Shown: positions 1 to 9,506 of the stretch, in pieces
How the letters are laid out: the number at the start of each line of letters is the position of its first letter
Position numbering within the stretch: the first letter of the stretch is position 1
NCBI GenBank assembly: GCA_900550175.1
Contig: URQX01000001.1
Coordinates: 1,487 to 65,486 of the forward strand
Direction of reading: 5' to 3'
DNA: 64,000 nucleotides
From: an uncultured Veillonella sp.
GTDB lineage: Bacteria > Bacillota > Negativicutes > Veillonellales > Veillonellaceae
Translations under genes and position numbers: made by a program
The notes under the pieces: model-generated
What the model was told of the DNA's origin: nothing
Seen by the model: the letters and a program-made list of their open reading frames with translations, nothing else
The model's database searches: none

Positions 1-333
1 GGTCCTAGTGCCTATTTTGCAACGTTGCCAATTAAAAATATTGTTAACGCATTGCATCAAAATGGCATTCCTGCAAAGGTTTCTAATACAGCGGGTACCT
101 TTGTATGCAATCACTTGATGTATGGCGTGTGTCATTATGCAGCACAAAAAGGCAATATTAAGGCGGGCTTCATGCACATTCCGTACTTGCCATCCCAAGT
201 GGTGGATAAACCAAATCAACCAAGTATGGCTGTTGAAACTGTACGTGCCACATTGGAAACCATCGTTCACGTATTAGCTCATGGTGAAAGCTACAAGGCA
301 CAAGATATTAACTATACTACACCTCATGAATAA
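1..333 (+). CDS. pcp: Pyroglutamyl-peptidase I (pyrrolidone-carboxylate peptidase), 5'-truncated by the window edge
   Basis: Frame is open from base 1 (GPSAYFATLP...). Contains SNTAGTFVCN (catalytic Cys) and GFMHIPY (catalytic His). Confidence 0.93.
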   Translation, partial: GPSAYFATLPIKNIVNALHQNGIPAKVSNTAGTFVCNHLMYGVCHYAAQKGNIKAGFMHIPYLPSQVVDKPNQPSMAVETVRATLETIVHVLAHGESYKAQDINYTTPHE

Positions 334-398
334 GAGTTTTATAATGTATTTCAGTACATAAAATAACATTAATCTATAAGATATTGTGTGACATCTAT

Positions 399-533
399 AT
401 GAGAGAAGGTCTTGTAAACTACGTACCATTCCAAAACGTATCTATCGGTGCTTACTATGGCTTCGGTAATAAAGACATGGATGGTAATAAATTAGGTGAT
501 TACTGGCGTACAGATGTAAACTTCATGTTCTAA
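399..533 (+). pseudogene. 44-codon fragment resembling the last beta-strands of an outer-membrane porin (OmpM-like C-terminus)
   Basis: Manual translation MREGLVNYVPFQNVSIGAYYGFGNKDMDGNKLGDYWRTDVNFMF*. Alternating hydrophobic pattern, terminal x-F-x-F, followed by a terminator. Confidence 0.5.
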
Positions 534-548
534 TTACATAATCTAAAT

Positions 549-597
549 AAAGCTCGAGTTATATCTAGAAAAGATTTAGCTCGGGCTTTTTTATTTT
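549..597 (+). terminator. Intrinsic terminator
   Basis: aaagctcgagt...gctcgggcttt stem followed by a T-run. Confidence 0.7.
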
Positions 598-614
598 CAA
601 TAATCATTATAAAT

Positions 615-658
615 TTTAAATACCTACTATTGACATAGGTATTTAAATAATGTAATAT
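615..658 (+). promoter_or_regulatory. Sigma-A promoter with a 12-bp inverted repeat flanking the -35
   Basis: TTGACA 630-635, 17-bp spacer, TAATAT 653-658. Inverted repeat tttaaataccta (615-626) / taggtatttaaa (636-647). Confidence 0.6.
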
Positions 659-764
659 AGTCACATAATCATATTAAATTAGTAGGAATAAGTGAGGGAT
701 ATCACAGTAGCTTTCAAAATAAGAATTGTAAAGCGAATAGAGATGACCTCTATAGGAGTATAGA

Positions 765-1880
765 ATGAGTGAACACGTAGATGTAAGTAACATCAAGGAT
801 CCTAGTATCGCGGCAGCTCGAAAAGAAGTTGAGTTCCAACGTGCTATGAATCCTTGTCCTATCGATTTTTCTGAGTTTCAGTCTAGTAACCCTCGTTCTC
901 AAGGGGAACAAAAGGAGTATGAAGGTAAAGATGCATCGAATTTTAACCGTCGTCAAAAATATTCTGATAGCGAAGAACCTCAATTCACAACACCTTTTGG
1001 CAGTGAACCAGGGTTTTTACCTGTAGAAAAAGACCGTTACCGTCTTGTATGGTCTAAGCATTGTCCTTGGGCTCACCGCATTGCCATTGCCATTGATTTA
1101 CTTGGCCTAGATACAGTAATTTCTAAAGGCACGGTTGATCCATTGCGTCCAGCAGGCGTTATTGCAGACTGGTTCTTTACCCTTGATAAAGACGAAAAGG
1201 ACCCTGTATTGGGCATTCACGCCCTAGGTGAAGCGTACCGCAAAGGCGACCCTAACTACGACGCACGTTCCACAGTACCAGCTATCGTAGATGTTACAAC
1301 TGGTGCGGTAGTAAACAACGATTACCATGCGTTGACCACAGAATTAGCATTGGGATTCAAAGATTTCATCTCTCCTGATGCTCCAGATATTTACCCCGAA
1401 GAATTGCGTGCCGATATCGATGCATTGAACGTTATCATCTACGCTGACTTCAACTTGGCGGTAAACTTGGCAGCTCTCGTAACAAACCAAAAAGATTACG
1501 AATACTACTATGACCGTATCTTTGCTCGCTTAGACTGGCTCGAAGAACGCCTTAGCAAGCAACGTTACTTGATGGGCGATACGATTACAGATCCAGACAT
1601 TCGTATCTTCCCAACATTGGCACGCTTTGACCTCGTATTCTACCAAAAATACTTGGTTAATAAAAAACGCCTCGTAGACTATCCAAACCTTTGGAACTAC
1701 GCGAAGGACTTATACTCCAACCCAGCATTCGGCGGTACAACAGACTTTGACTCCATGCGTAAACGTTTCTACTATGTAGACCATACGCCATTTGAAGATC
1801 TACCACGCCTCATTCCAAAAGGTCCAGACGACTCCATTTGGTTAGAACCAAATGACCGTGCTGAAAAATTTGGTAAATAA
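765..1880 (+). CDS. Glutathionyl-hydroquinone reductase-like protein (Xi-class GST, YqjG/ECM4 family)
   Basis: RYRLVWSKHCPWAHR active-site motif, TVPAIVD..VVNN, and the C-terminal DIRIFPTLARFD...YPNLWNY motif. Confidence 0.88.
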   Translation: MSEHVDVSNIKDPSIAAARKEVEFQRAMNPCPIDFSEFQSSNPRSQGEQKEYEGKDASNFNRRQKYSDSEEPQFTTPFGSEPGFLPVEKDRYRLVWSKHCPWAHRIAIAIDLLGLDTVISKGTVDPLRPAGVIADWFFTLDKDEKDPVLGIHALGEAYRKGDPNYDARSTVPAIVDVTTGAVVNNDYHALTTELALGFKDFISPDAPDIYPEELRADIDALNVIIYADFNLAVNLAALVTNQKDYEYYYDRIFARLDWLEERLSKQRYLMGDTITDPDIRIFPTLARFDLVFYQKYLVNKKRLVDYPNLWNYAKDLYSNPAFGGTTDFDSMRKRFYYVDHTPFEDLPRLIPKGPDDSIWLEPNDRAEKFGK

Positions 1881-1980
1881 TTAAATTAATAATTAGATAG
1901 ATCATTAGTTGGATAAATGTATCATTGCTAAATATTTGATAGAGTATCTATTCAATTATAAATAGCTCAAAGGAGGGCCC

Positions 1981-3459
1981 ATGGATTCAGTAACACAGAC
2001 GATTGTGAACTACATAGAACAAACGGATGTGACGAACCGTGAGGACCTCCTGTCAGTGGCTCGCATTGCTTTTCTAGATTATTTAGCATCCTTAGCCTCT
2101 GCTGAGGAGGAGCAAGCCGTTCAGGACTTAGCTCGCTTTATAGGGACTGATCAAAATATAACTGTTAATCAGGATACATCTACTAATCAGAATAAAACAG
2201 CTCATGTAGATGGTTATGAGAGTAATTCGACCGTTAGACGAGCCGACAAGGCTATGTATTATGGTTTTGCCTCTCATTATCTAGATTTTGATGATGCCCA
2301 GGCAAATTTGGCGGGTCACTTCAGTACTGTTTTATACTCTGCTTTACTGGCAGTGCTCGAGCCGAATGATACGTGGCATGATTTCTTCCGGGCCTATATC
2401 ATTGGTGCTGAGCTAGAGGGAATCATTGGTTCCCTCATCAATCCTGCCCATCGGACCCAAGGATGGCATTCTACGGGGACCGTTGGTGTTATTGGGGCGG
2501 CGGCCGCTATAGGCGCTTTGCGAGGCCTTCATGGTGAAAGCTTGGCTCAGCTCCTGTCTCTGGCTGCCACTCAATCGGCGGGCATGTTCTTTCAAAGTGG
2601 TACAGATGGTAAGCCGCTCCATGCGGGACTAGCAGCACGCAATGGTGTATGGGCTTACGAACTGTTGCAATATACATCACTTCAAACAAGCACAAAACCG
2701 TTTGACCCTGAACGGGGTTGGTTTAAAACCATCGGTAATATTACTGTTACATCAAATGATATTGTTAGCCGTTGGCTTGCACCAGGGCAACTCATTGACC
2801 CTGGCTTATGGATGAAAGTCCACCCTTATTGCTCGGCAGCCATTTGTGGCGCTGAAGCAGCTGAAACCGTGGCACATAGTATATATACTACATCTTCTTC
2901 GTATGTGTCTAAGCACTACAACGTTTCACCAGATGCAGAGGAACAAGGTAAACGTAGACTATGTGCCACCCTCGTTTCCTCCCTTTGGGATGATATAGAT
3001 AGAGTTACTGTACACTTCCCGCTTGGTGCTGATACGGCATTGCGCTATACATCGCCAATAACAGGTCGAGAAGGTCAGTTTTCTATAGAGTACATCGTGT
3101 ACCAAGTCCTCGCCTATGGGGCGGTACAGGATGAACTATTTAAGATAGATACCATAGACCAATCAGTACGAGACTATATGTCGCGTATAGAGCGGGTCTA
3201 TGATTTGCCGAAGGTATCCCAAACAGAGCGGATTACAAAAGTAACCGTTACATTGAAAAATGGAGAAACTTTCACAGAGACGGTGAACAATCCGAAAGGA
3301 TCGCCGAATAATCCTCTTACATTAGAGGATATACGCATTAAGCTTGGCCTCACGTTGAAGGCTGACCAAATAGATAGAATAATGGAGGCTTTTACCCGTA
3401 CAAATGAGGTGGAGCCATTCTTGCAAACATTGCGAAAAGAAGGAGTTTTACATGTTTAA
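1981..3459 (+). CDS. MmgE/PrpD family protein (YxeQ-like)
   Basis: ASHYLDFDD, GWHSTGT, GTDGKPLHAG, KVHPYCS, EGQFSIEY and PKGSPNNPL motifs. Confidence 0.88.
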   Translation: MDSVTQTIVNYIEQTDVTNREDLLSVARIAFLDYLASLASAEEEQAVQDLARFIGTDQNITVNQDTSTNQNKTAHVDGYESNSTVRRADKAMYYGFASHYLDFDDAQANLAGHFSTVLYSALLAVLEPNDTWHDFFRAYIIGAELEGIIGSLINPAHRTQGWHSTGTVGVIGAAAAIGALRGLHGESLAQLLSLAATQSAGMFFQSGTDGKPLHAGLAARNGVWAYELLQYTSLQTSTKPFDPERGWFKTIGNITVTSNDIVSRWLAPGQLIDPGLWMKVHPYCSAAICGAEAAETVAHSIYTTSSSYVSKHYNVSPDAEEQGKRRLCATLVSSLWDDIDRVTVHFPLGADTALRYTSPITGREGQFSIEYIVYQVLAYGAVQDELFKIDTIDQSVRDYMSRIERVYDLPKVSQTERITKVTVTLKNGETFTETVNNPKGSPNNPLTLEDIRIKLGLTLKADQIDRIMEAFTRTNEVEPFLQTLRKEGVLHV

Positions 3460-4291
3460 TACAAAGAAATTGACGAAATTATTCGCCATCGGCGCATTGG
3501 CACTAGGCGTGCTCGTGGTAGCTGGTTGCGGCGATGATACATCTAAGGAGACGAAAGTAAATCCAGATGCCAAAGTGATTAACGTAGCTACACGCGGTAC
3601 AGTTCGTCCTTATTCCTACACAGATGATAACGGCAACCTTACAGGTTTTGACGTGGAATTGTTGAAAGAAATTGAACGTCGTAATCCAGACCTTCACTTC
3701 AACTTCAAACCGATGGCTGTTGATGCTGCCTTCGTAGCGATGGATGCAGGCCAAGTGGACATGATTGCGAACCAAATGCGTCGTAACCCAACTCGTGAAG
3801 CAAAATACTACTACACAAATGAGGTTAATAACTACTCCACACGTAAATTAGTGGTGAAAAATGACCGCAATGACATTTCTAAATTAGATGATTTGAAAGG
3901 CAAAAAAATCGCCGTTACTACATCCTCTGAGTTCAACGAATTGGTAAAACAATTCAACGAAACAGCTAATCCACCAATCGACATTATCTACACAGATAAA
4001 GCAGGTGCTGAAACATTGAACCTCGTTGCTACTGGTCGTGCCGATGCAGCAGGTGAATACGAATACGTAATTAATTCTGCTATTAAGGACCGTGGCTTAC
4101 CACTCAAAGCCGTAGGCGATGTATTGGCAGTAGTACCAACATACTTCTTGTCTAAACGGACAGATGATATGAAACAAGTAAACGAAAAAATCGATAAAAC
4201 GATGAAAGAAATGCGTGCTGATGGTACGTTGAAAAAACTTTCTGAACAATATCTTGGTGGGGATTACACATTCGATCCAACACAAAAATAA
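3452..4291 (+). CDS. Polar amino-acid ABC transporter substrate-binding lipoprotein (cystine/S-alkyl-cysteine type, TcyK/YxeM-like)
   Basis: Start reassigned to the ATG after AAGGAG. Lipobox VAGC. PYSY..GNLTGFDVEL and DGTLKKLSEQYLGGD motifs. Confidence 0.88.
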   Translation: MFNTKKLTKLFAIGALALGVLVVAGCGDDTSKETKVNPDAKVINVATRGTVRPYSYTDDNGNLTGFDVELLKEIERRNPDLHFNFKPMAVDAAFVAMDAGQVDMIANQMRRNPTREAKYYYTNEVNNYSTRKLVVKNDRNDISKLDDLKGKKIAVTTSSEFNELVKQFNETANPPIDIIYTDKAGAETLNLVATGRADAAGEYEYVINSAIKDRGLPLKAVGDVLAVVPTYFLSKRTDDMKQVNEKIDKTMKEMRADGTLKKLSEQYLGGDYTFDPTQK

Positions 4292-4346
4292 CGAATAGGC
4301 CGCCTTGGCGGCCTTATTCTATTATGTCTAGAAGCGAGGTGCTACT

Positions 4347-5063
4347 GTGGGCAAGTATTTTGATGTGTCCTACATGATCCAAGCGTTTCCACAGCTCTTG
4401 AATTATGTGCACGTAACGGTGCTCATCACCGTTATTTCTGCCATCTTAGGTGTTATATTAGGCTCTATTATAGCTATCATTCGCCTCAAGAAGGTACCAG
4501 TATTAAACCAATTATTTATCGTATTTATCTCCTTTATGCGGGGCACGCCATTCTTGGTACAGCTCTTCCTCATATACTTTGGGGTGCCAGAAATCATGTC
4601 CCATATGGGCCTTAACATGAAAAATGTGCCGGGCCTCGTATTTGTATATGCCGTGTTTACATTGCATATCGCAGCGTATAGTGCCGAAATCATGCGCTCC
4701 AGTATTGATGCGGTTGCGCCTGGTGAGAAGGAAGCCGCTAAAAGTCTTGGGATGACCGAGTTCCAAAGCTATGTGCGCATCATCTTGCCGCAGGCTTTCA
4801 CCATGAGCATTCCACCGTTGACGAACCTCGTTATCGGCATGTTGAAAGGGACGGCGCTCATCTTTAACGTCGGCGTTGTAGATATGATGCGTAAGGCGGA
4901 CCTCATGGGCGGCAATAGTCAGCGCTATCTTGAATTATTCGTAGATGCAGCCATCATTTATGGCATTTTAATTATCATCGTGTCCCTCTTGGGCCGATTG
5001 CTTGAAAAACGTTTTACCGTTGCGGGCAAGGAAACGCAACGCATTTTGATCAGTGAGGAGTAG
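4347..5063 (+). CDS. Polar amino-acid ABC transporter permease
   Basis: FMRGTPFLVQL motif and EAA loop (GEKEAAKSLGMT). Confidence 0.92.
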   Translation: MGKYFDVSYMIQAFPQLLNYVHVTVLITVISAILGVILGSIIAIIRLKKVPVLNQLFIVFISFMRGTPFLVQLFLIYFGVPEIMSHMGLNMKNVPGLVFVYAVFTLHIAAYSAEIMRSSIDAVAPGEKEAAKSLGMTEFQSYVRIILPQAFTMSIPPLTNLVIGMLKGTALIFNVGVVDMMRKADLMGGNSQRYLELFVDAAIIYGILIIIVSLLGRLLEKRFTVAGKETQRILISEE

Positions 5064-5069
5064 GGGCGT

Positions 5070-5786
5070 ATGGGACATATAATTGATTCAACCTATATTT
5101 ATGGCACCTTCTTTGCTGTCATTCCTTATGTGAAAGTAACCCTCATGATTACCTTCCTCAGCGTTGGTTTGGGTGCAATCCTAGGGTTATTAAGTTGCGT
5201 GCTACAACAAAATAAAGTACCTGTGCTCAGTCAGCTCAGCTACTTGTACGTATTGTTGTGCCGTAGTATTCCGAACATGGTTCTCTTATACCTCGTGTAC
5301 TATGGCTTGCCAATTCTTTTCCTCGCCTTAGAGGATCAAACAGGGGTGCATGTGCCTTTTGAAAAGGTGCCAGCTACCTTCGTAGCCGTTGTAGGCTTAA
5401 CCTTGCATACAGGGGCCTATTTGAGTGAAATCTTCCGGGCTGCCTTGCAATCTGTACCGAAAGGTCAAATGGAAGCGGCTCAGGCCATCGGTATGACTTG
5501 GTTCCAAGCGTTCCGTCGCATTGTATTGCCGCAAGCGACAGTCTTTGCGTTGCCACTATTTACGAACCAATTCCTTAACACCATGAAGAGTACTAGTATC
5601 GTATTTGTCATCACTGTTATTGAATTGTTTGGCGCTGCAAAGTTATATACAGAGGAAAATTCGCAGTATTTTGAGGCCTACATCGTGGTGGCCGGTCTAT
5701 TCTGGGTGATGGGGATTGTCTTTGAATTTATCTTCCATCGTTTAGAAGTCTATGCAAGCAAGTATAAACGAGGTAATGCATTATGA
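5070..5786 (+). CDS. Polar amino-acid ABC transporter permease (second)
   Basis: [11 protein letters not shown] and [15 protein letters not shown] loop. Confidence 0.92.
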   Translation: MGHIIDSTYIYGTFFAVIPYVKVTLMITFLSVGLGAILGLLSCVLQQNKVPVLSQLSYLYVLLCRSIPNMVLLYLVYYGLPILFLALEDQTGVHVPFEKVPATFVAVVGLTLHTGAYLSEIFRAALQSVPKGQMEAAQAIGMTWFQAFRRIVLPQATVFALPLFTNQFLNTMKSTSIVFVITVIELFGAAKLYTEENSQYFEAYIVVAGLFWVMGIVFEFIFHRLEVYASKYKRGNAL

Positions 5787-6556
5787 TAGATATTAAACAA
5801 GTTCACAAATCCTTCGGGAACCGTGAAATTTTAAAGGGCATCGACCTACATGTGCCAACAGGGTCTGTAACGGTTATCCTCGGCCCATCTGGCAGTGGTA
5901 AGACGACGTTCCTTAGAACGCTCAATTTCCTTGAAAAGGCCGATGCTGGGACGATGCAGTTAAACGATATTTCTGTAGACCTACATAAAGCATCTAACAA
6001 GGAAATTTTAAACGTACGCCGCAATACATCCATGGTGTTCCAGTCTTATAACTTATTCTCTAACAAGACTGTTATTGAAAACATCATGGAAGGCCTTGTA
6101 ACAGTTAAGAAGATGAAAAAATCTGAAGCCCGTGACATCGCGCAACGCTTCCTCAAGGAAGTAGGCATGGAAGGCTATGATGATTACTATCCTGTACAAC
6201 TTTCAGGGGGGCAACAACAACGTATCGGCATCGCTCGTGCCCTTGCGATGGATCCAGAGGTTATCATCTTTGACGAACCTACATCTGCCCTCGACCCAGA
6301 GCTCGTAGGAGAAGTATTGGCTGTTATCCGTAAAATTGCTAAAGAGTTAGAGGTAACGATGATCATCGTTACTCACGAAATTGGTTTTGCTAAAGAAGTG
6401 GCTGACCAAGTAGTCTTCATGGAAGGCGGCGTCATCGTAGAACAAGGTGATCCTAAAGTGGTCCTTGAACATCCAAAAGAAGAACGGACACGTAAATTCT
6501 TGAGCCGTTACCTTACACTCGATAGCGAATTGCCTCTAGATAGCGCAGCACTTTAA
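5783..6556 (+). CDS. Polar amino-acid ABC transporter ATP-binding protein
   Basis: [27 protein letters not shown]. Confidence 0.95.
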   Translation: MIDIKQVHKSFGNREILKGIDLHVPTGSVTVILGPSGSGKTTFLRTLNFLEKADAGTMQLNDISVDLHKASNKEILNVRRNTSMVFQSYNLFSNKTVIENIMEGLVTVKKMKKSEARDIAQRFLKEVGMEGYDDYYPVQLSGGQQQRIGIARALAMDPEVIIFDEPTSALDPELVGEVLAVIRKIAKELEVTMIIVTHEIGFAKEVADQVVFMEGGVIVEQGDPKVVLEHPKEERTRKFLSRYLTLDSELPLDSAAL

Positions 6557-6568
6557 ACGAGGTACATA

Positions 6569-7051
6569 ATGAAAGAATTTAGACAATTAACTGTAGATGA
6601 TGCGGCTGAGTATCACGAAGTGTTGATTGCGGGATATGCAGAGAATAAGAACTATCCTATATCCTTTGATGCCATAAACTTTAGCCAAGAAGAGTCTCGT
6701 GCATGGATTTTAAAATATCCTGTGTATGGCCTCTACGTAGATGGCTCTTTGGTATGCTCTATTTCATTCCGCATGCCTTGGATACAAAAGGCGACGCCAG
6801 ATGTATACCCGCACATTGCACACTTTGTGACGGCCCCAGAACATAAAGGAAAGGGCTATGCTCGTGAAGTCCTCGCCGAAGCAGAAGACCTACTCCGCAA
6901 CGTATATAAAACACCAGCCGTAACACTTGGTACTGCTGCAGAACACCCATGGCTTGCTAAGATGTATGAAGACTTTGGGTTTAAAGAATACAAACGAGTA
7001 CAACTACCAGGAAAAGTGCACACTACTATATTTTTTAAGAAAACATTGTAA
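6569..7051 (+). CDS. GNAT N-acetyltransferase (YxeL/SnaB-like)
   Basis: FVTAPEHKGKGYA acetyl-CoA motif and VTLGTAAEHPWLAKMYEDFGF. Confidence 0.85.
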   Translation: MKEFRQLTVDDAAEYHEVLIAGYAENKNYPISFDAINFSQEESRAWILKYPVYGLYVDGSLVCSISFRMPWIQKATPDVYPHIAHFVTAPEHKGKGYAREVLAEAEDLLRNVYKTPAVTLGTAAEHPWLAKMYEDFGFKEYKRVQLPGKVHTTIFFKKTL

Positions 7052-7081
7052 GAGGAACTCTAATTTGGAGTTCTACAATAC

Positions 7082-7127
7082 AAATAGCGACTAGTTAAGA
7101 TAATCAACTAGTCGCTATTTTATTTTT
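7082..7127 (+). terminator. Intrinsic terminator of the 765-7051 operon
   Basis: aaatagcgactagtt / aactagtcgctattt followed by T-rich sequence. Confidence 0.85.
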
Positions 7128-7204
7128 ACCTCTAGTTACTATTTTGTTAATACATGTAATGTTATAATAAATGAAAATGTTACTATTTGTGGAGTGTGAA
7201 TAGG

Positions 7205-7603
7205 ATGTATGAAATCGTAAATGAACCAAATTTAACCATTGCTTTTGATATGAATACAGAGTTATCTCAATTTGGTGTATTTGGCGTATATATTAAACAG
7301 GGCTATAATATCTGTGCTGGGTACATTGACCCTAGTGACTGGTCTGGTATTCATAGGGGATACAAAGAATTAGTTGAGCTATATGAGAATTGCAAAGGGA
7401 CAGCCACCTTTACTTATGTATTAACTGGAGAAGGGGATACGCTTACATTCTCGTTAGATCAAAAGGGTGCTCTAACGATGGAGATTAATATCTGTACTAT
7501 TTATAATTACAAATGTCATATGACTGTTGAAAGTTTAGATCAAACATATTTGCCGAGGTTTATTGAGTTTTTCAAAGAATTTTTAGAACGAGAGCCGAAA
7601 TAA
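7205..7603 (+). CDS. Hypothetical protein, WapI-like immunity family candidate
   Basis: Pattern ELYENCKGTATF...GALTMEI...DQTYLPRFIE resembles WapI-family proteins as I recall them. Stand-alone and AT-rich. Confidence 0.5.
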   Translation: MYEIVNEPNLTIAFDMNTELSQFGVFGVYIKQGYNICAGYIDPSDWSGIHRGYKELVELYENCKGTATFTYVLTGEGDTLTFSLDQKGALTMEINICTIYNYKCHMTVESLDQTYLPRFIEFFKEFLEREPK

Positions 7604-7638
7604 AAAGAGTCGCGTCTTTAAGATGCGACTCTTTTTTG
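7602..7638. terminator. Bidirectional terminator
   Basis: aaaaagagtcgcgtc-tttaa-gatgcgactcttttt between convergent genes. Confidence 0.85.
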
Positions 7639-7658
7639 TACCCAGTTTCTATATACAA

Positions 7659-8561
7659 TTATTTTGTAACAACTTTAAGATCTACAGGGATTTTAGCTTC
7701 TACAGCTTCGCCTTTGATAACTTTTTGAGCTGTATCGATAGCGATTTTACCCATTTGGTCTGGTTGTTGAGCAATTGTTGCAGCCAATGTGCCGTCTTTA
7801 ACAGCTTTGTCTGCGTCAGCAGTACCGTCGAAGCCTACGATGAAGATTGTTTTGCCTGCGGATTTAGCTGCTTGAATAGCGCCCAATGCCATTTCGTCGT
7901 TATGAGCGAAGATAGCTTGTACGTCTGGGTTAGCTTGCAAGATATTTGTTGCTACGTTCAAACCTTTTGTGCGGTCGAAGTCAGCACTTTGTTTTGCTAC
8001 TACTGTTAAGTCTTTGTCAGCTACGTTGTGGAAACCTTGGCCCCGTTCACGTGTAGCGGAAGCACCAGGGATACCTTCGATTTCTGCAACTTTTGCAGCT
8101 TTGCCTACTTTATCAGCAATCAATTGAGCTGCCATTTCGCCGCCTTTTACGTTATCGGAAGCGATGTGAGCTACTACTTTGCCTTTGTCAGCAGAGCGGT
8201 CAACAGTGATTACAGGAATGTTTTTAGCATTTGCTGCTTCTACGGAAGTAGAGATAGCTGCAGAGTCTACAGGGTTAACGATCAATACGGAAACGCCGCT
8301 TTCAAGCAAGTCGGAAATATCGTTTGCTTGTTTTGCAGGGTCGTTTTGAGCATCAACGATTTTAACTTTAAGACCAAGCGCTTTAGCTTGAGCCTCAACG
8401 CCTTCCTTCATAGTTACGAAGAATGGGTTGTTCAATGTGGAAACAGAGAAGCCGATTGTGCCGGATTTTTTGTCGCCGCCGTTATCAGCGCTTTTACCAC
8501 AGCCTGCTACAAGACCGATAACCATAACAGCCATCGCCAACAGTAACAATAGTTTTTTCAT
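7659..8561 (-). CDS. rbsB: D-ribose ABC transporter substrate-binding lipoprotein
   Basis: Lipobox VAGC. STLNNPFF, IASDNVKGG and FAHNDEMALGA motifs. Confidence 0.93.
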   Translation of the reverse strand: MKKLLLLLAMAVMVIGLVAGCGKSADNGGDKKSGTIGFSVSTLNNPFFVTMKEGVEAQAKALGLKVKIVDAQNDPAKQANDISDLLESGVSVLIVNPVDSAAISTSVEAANAKNIPVITVDRSADKGKVVAHIASDNVKGGEMAAQLIADKVGKAAKVAEIEGIPGASATRERGQGFHNVADKDLTVVAKQSADFDRTKGLNVATNILQANPDVQAIFAHNDEMALGAIQAAKSAGKTIFIVGFDGTADADKAVKDGTLAATIAQQPDQMGKIAIDTAQKVIKGEAVEAKIPVDLKVVTK

Positions 8562-8570
8562 AGGAACCTC

Positions 8571-9506
8571 CTAGGCTTTCTTACGGTCTGCAAGAACAGC
8601 CAGTAAAATAACAATACCTTTTACAACTTGTTGATAGAAACTGGAAACGTCAAGAATATTTAACCCGTTGTTGAGGGTACCGATAATTAGGGCACCAATT
8701 AATGTGCCAACGATATGACCACGACCACCAGCAAGGCTTGTGCCGCCAAGAACTACGGCTGCGATAGCGTCAAGTTCGTAGCCTGCACCTGCTGTAGGTT
8801 GTGCAGAGTTAAGACGGGAAGTGATGATTGCACCAGCGATACCACAGAGCATACCAGTCAAGGCATACACGAAGATTTTAACGCGGTCAATCTTGATACC
8901 AGCAATGTAACTAACCTTTTCACTGCCACCTACGGCATACGTTTTACGGCCTAAGGATGTGCGGCTCAATACGAACCAAAGGATAATGAAAGCTAGGAAC
9001 ATTGTGATTGCTGGAACTGGAAGGCCTGCAATATCCCCTTGGCCAAAGCCATGGAATAGAGGATCTTGTGTAAGACCGGAGATTGGGTTACCGTCTGTGA
9101 ATACTAGCGTCGCACCACGGTAGATTGTCATGGTCGCCAAGGTAGCGATAAAGGGAGCTACGCGGCCATAGGTGATAACGAGACCGTTAATACCGCCCAA
9201 TACAAGGCCTGCACCGGCTGCTAATACGATAGCCAATACAGGGTCAGTACCAGTTACGATGAGGTTGGCCATTACTGCACTAGAGAGGGCCAGGATGGAA
9301 CCAACGGATAAGTCGATGCCGCCCGTTAAGATGACGAAGGTCATACCAAAGGCGATGATCGCATTGATGGATACTTGGCGTAATAAGTTACGCAAGTTAG
9401 AGAATTCAAGGAAACTGTCGTTCATGACAGAGATAATGATAAATAATAGGATGAGGCCAATGAGGGGGCCTAATTTTTTTATATACTGTAGAGCTTTGCT
9501 GTCCAT
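8571..9506 (-). CDS. rbsC: Ribose ABC transporter permease
   Basis: ILTGGIDLSVGS and YELDAIAAVVLGGTSLAGG motifs. Confidence 0.93.
   Translation of the reverse strand: MDSKALQYIKKLGPLIGLILLFIIISVMNDSFLEFSNLRNLLRQVSINAIIAFGMTFVILTGGIDLSVGSILALSSAVMANLIVTGTDPVLAIVLAAGAGLVLGGINGLVITYGRVAPFIATLATMTIYRGATLVFTDGNPISGLTQDPLFHGFGQGDIAGLPVPAITMFLAFIILWFVLSRTSLGRKTYAVGGSEKVSYIAGIKIDRVKIFVYALTGMLCGIAGAIITSRLNSAQPTAGAGYELDAIAAVVLGGTSLAGGRGHIVGTLIGALIIGTLNNGLNILDVSSFYQQVVKGIVILLAVLADRKKA

Noticed and set aside
4293..4320. GC-rich hairpin after the ABC substrate-binding gene
   Set aside because: No U-tract. It fits the common mRNA-stabilising stem after binding-protein genes, so it is not novel.
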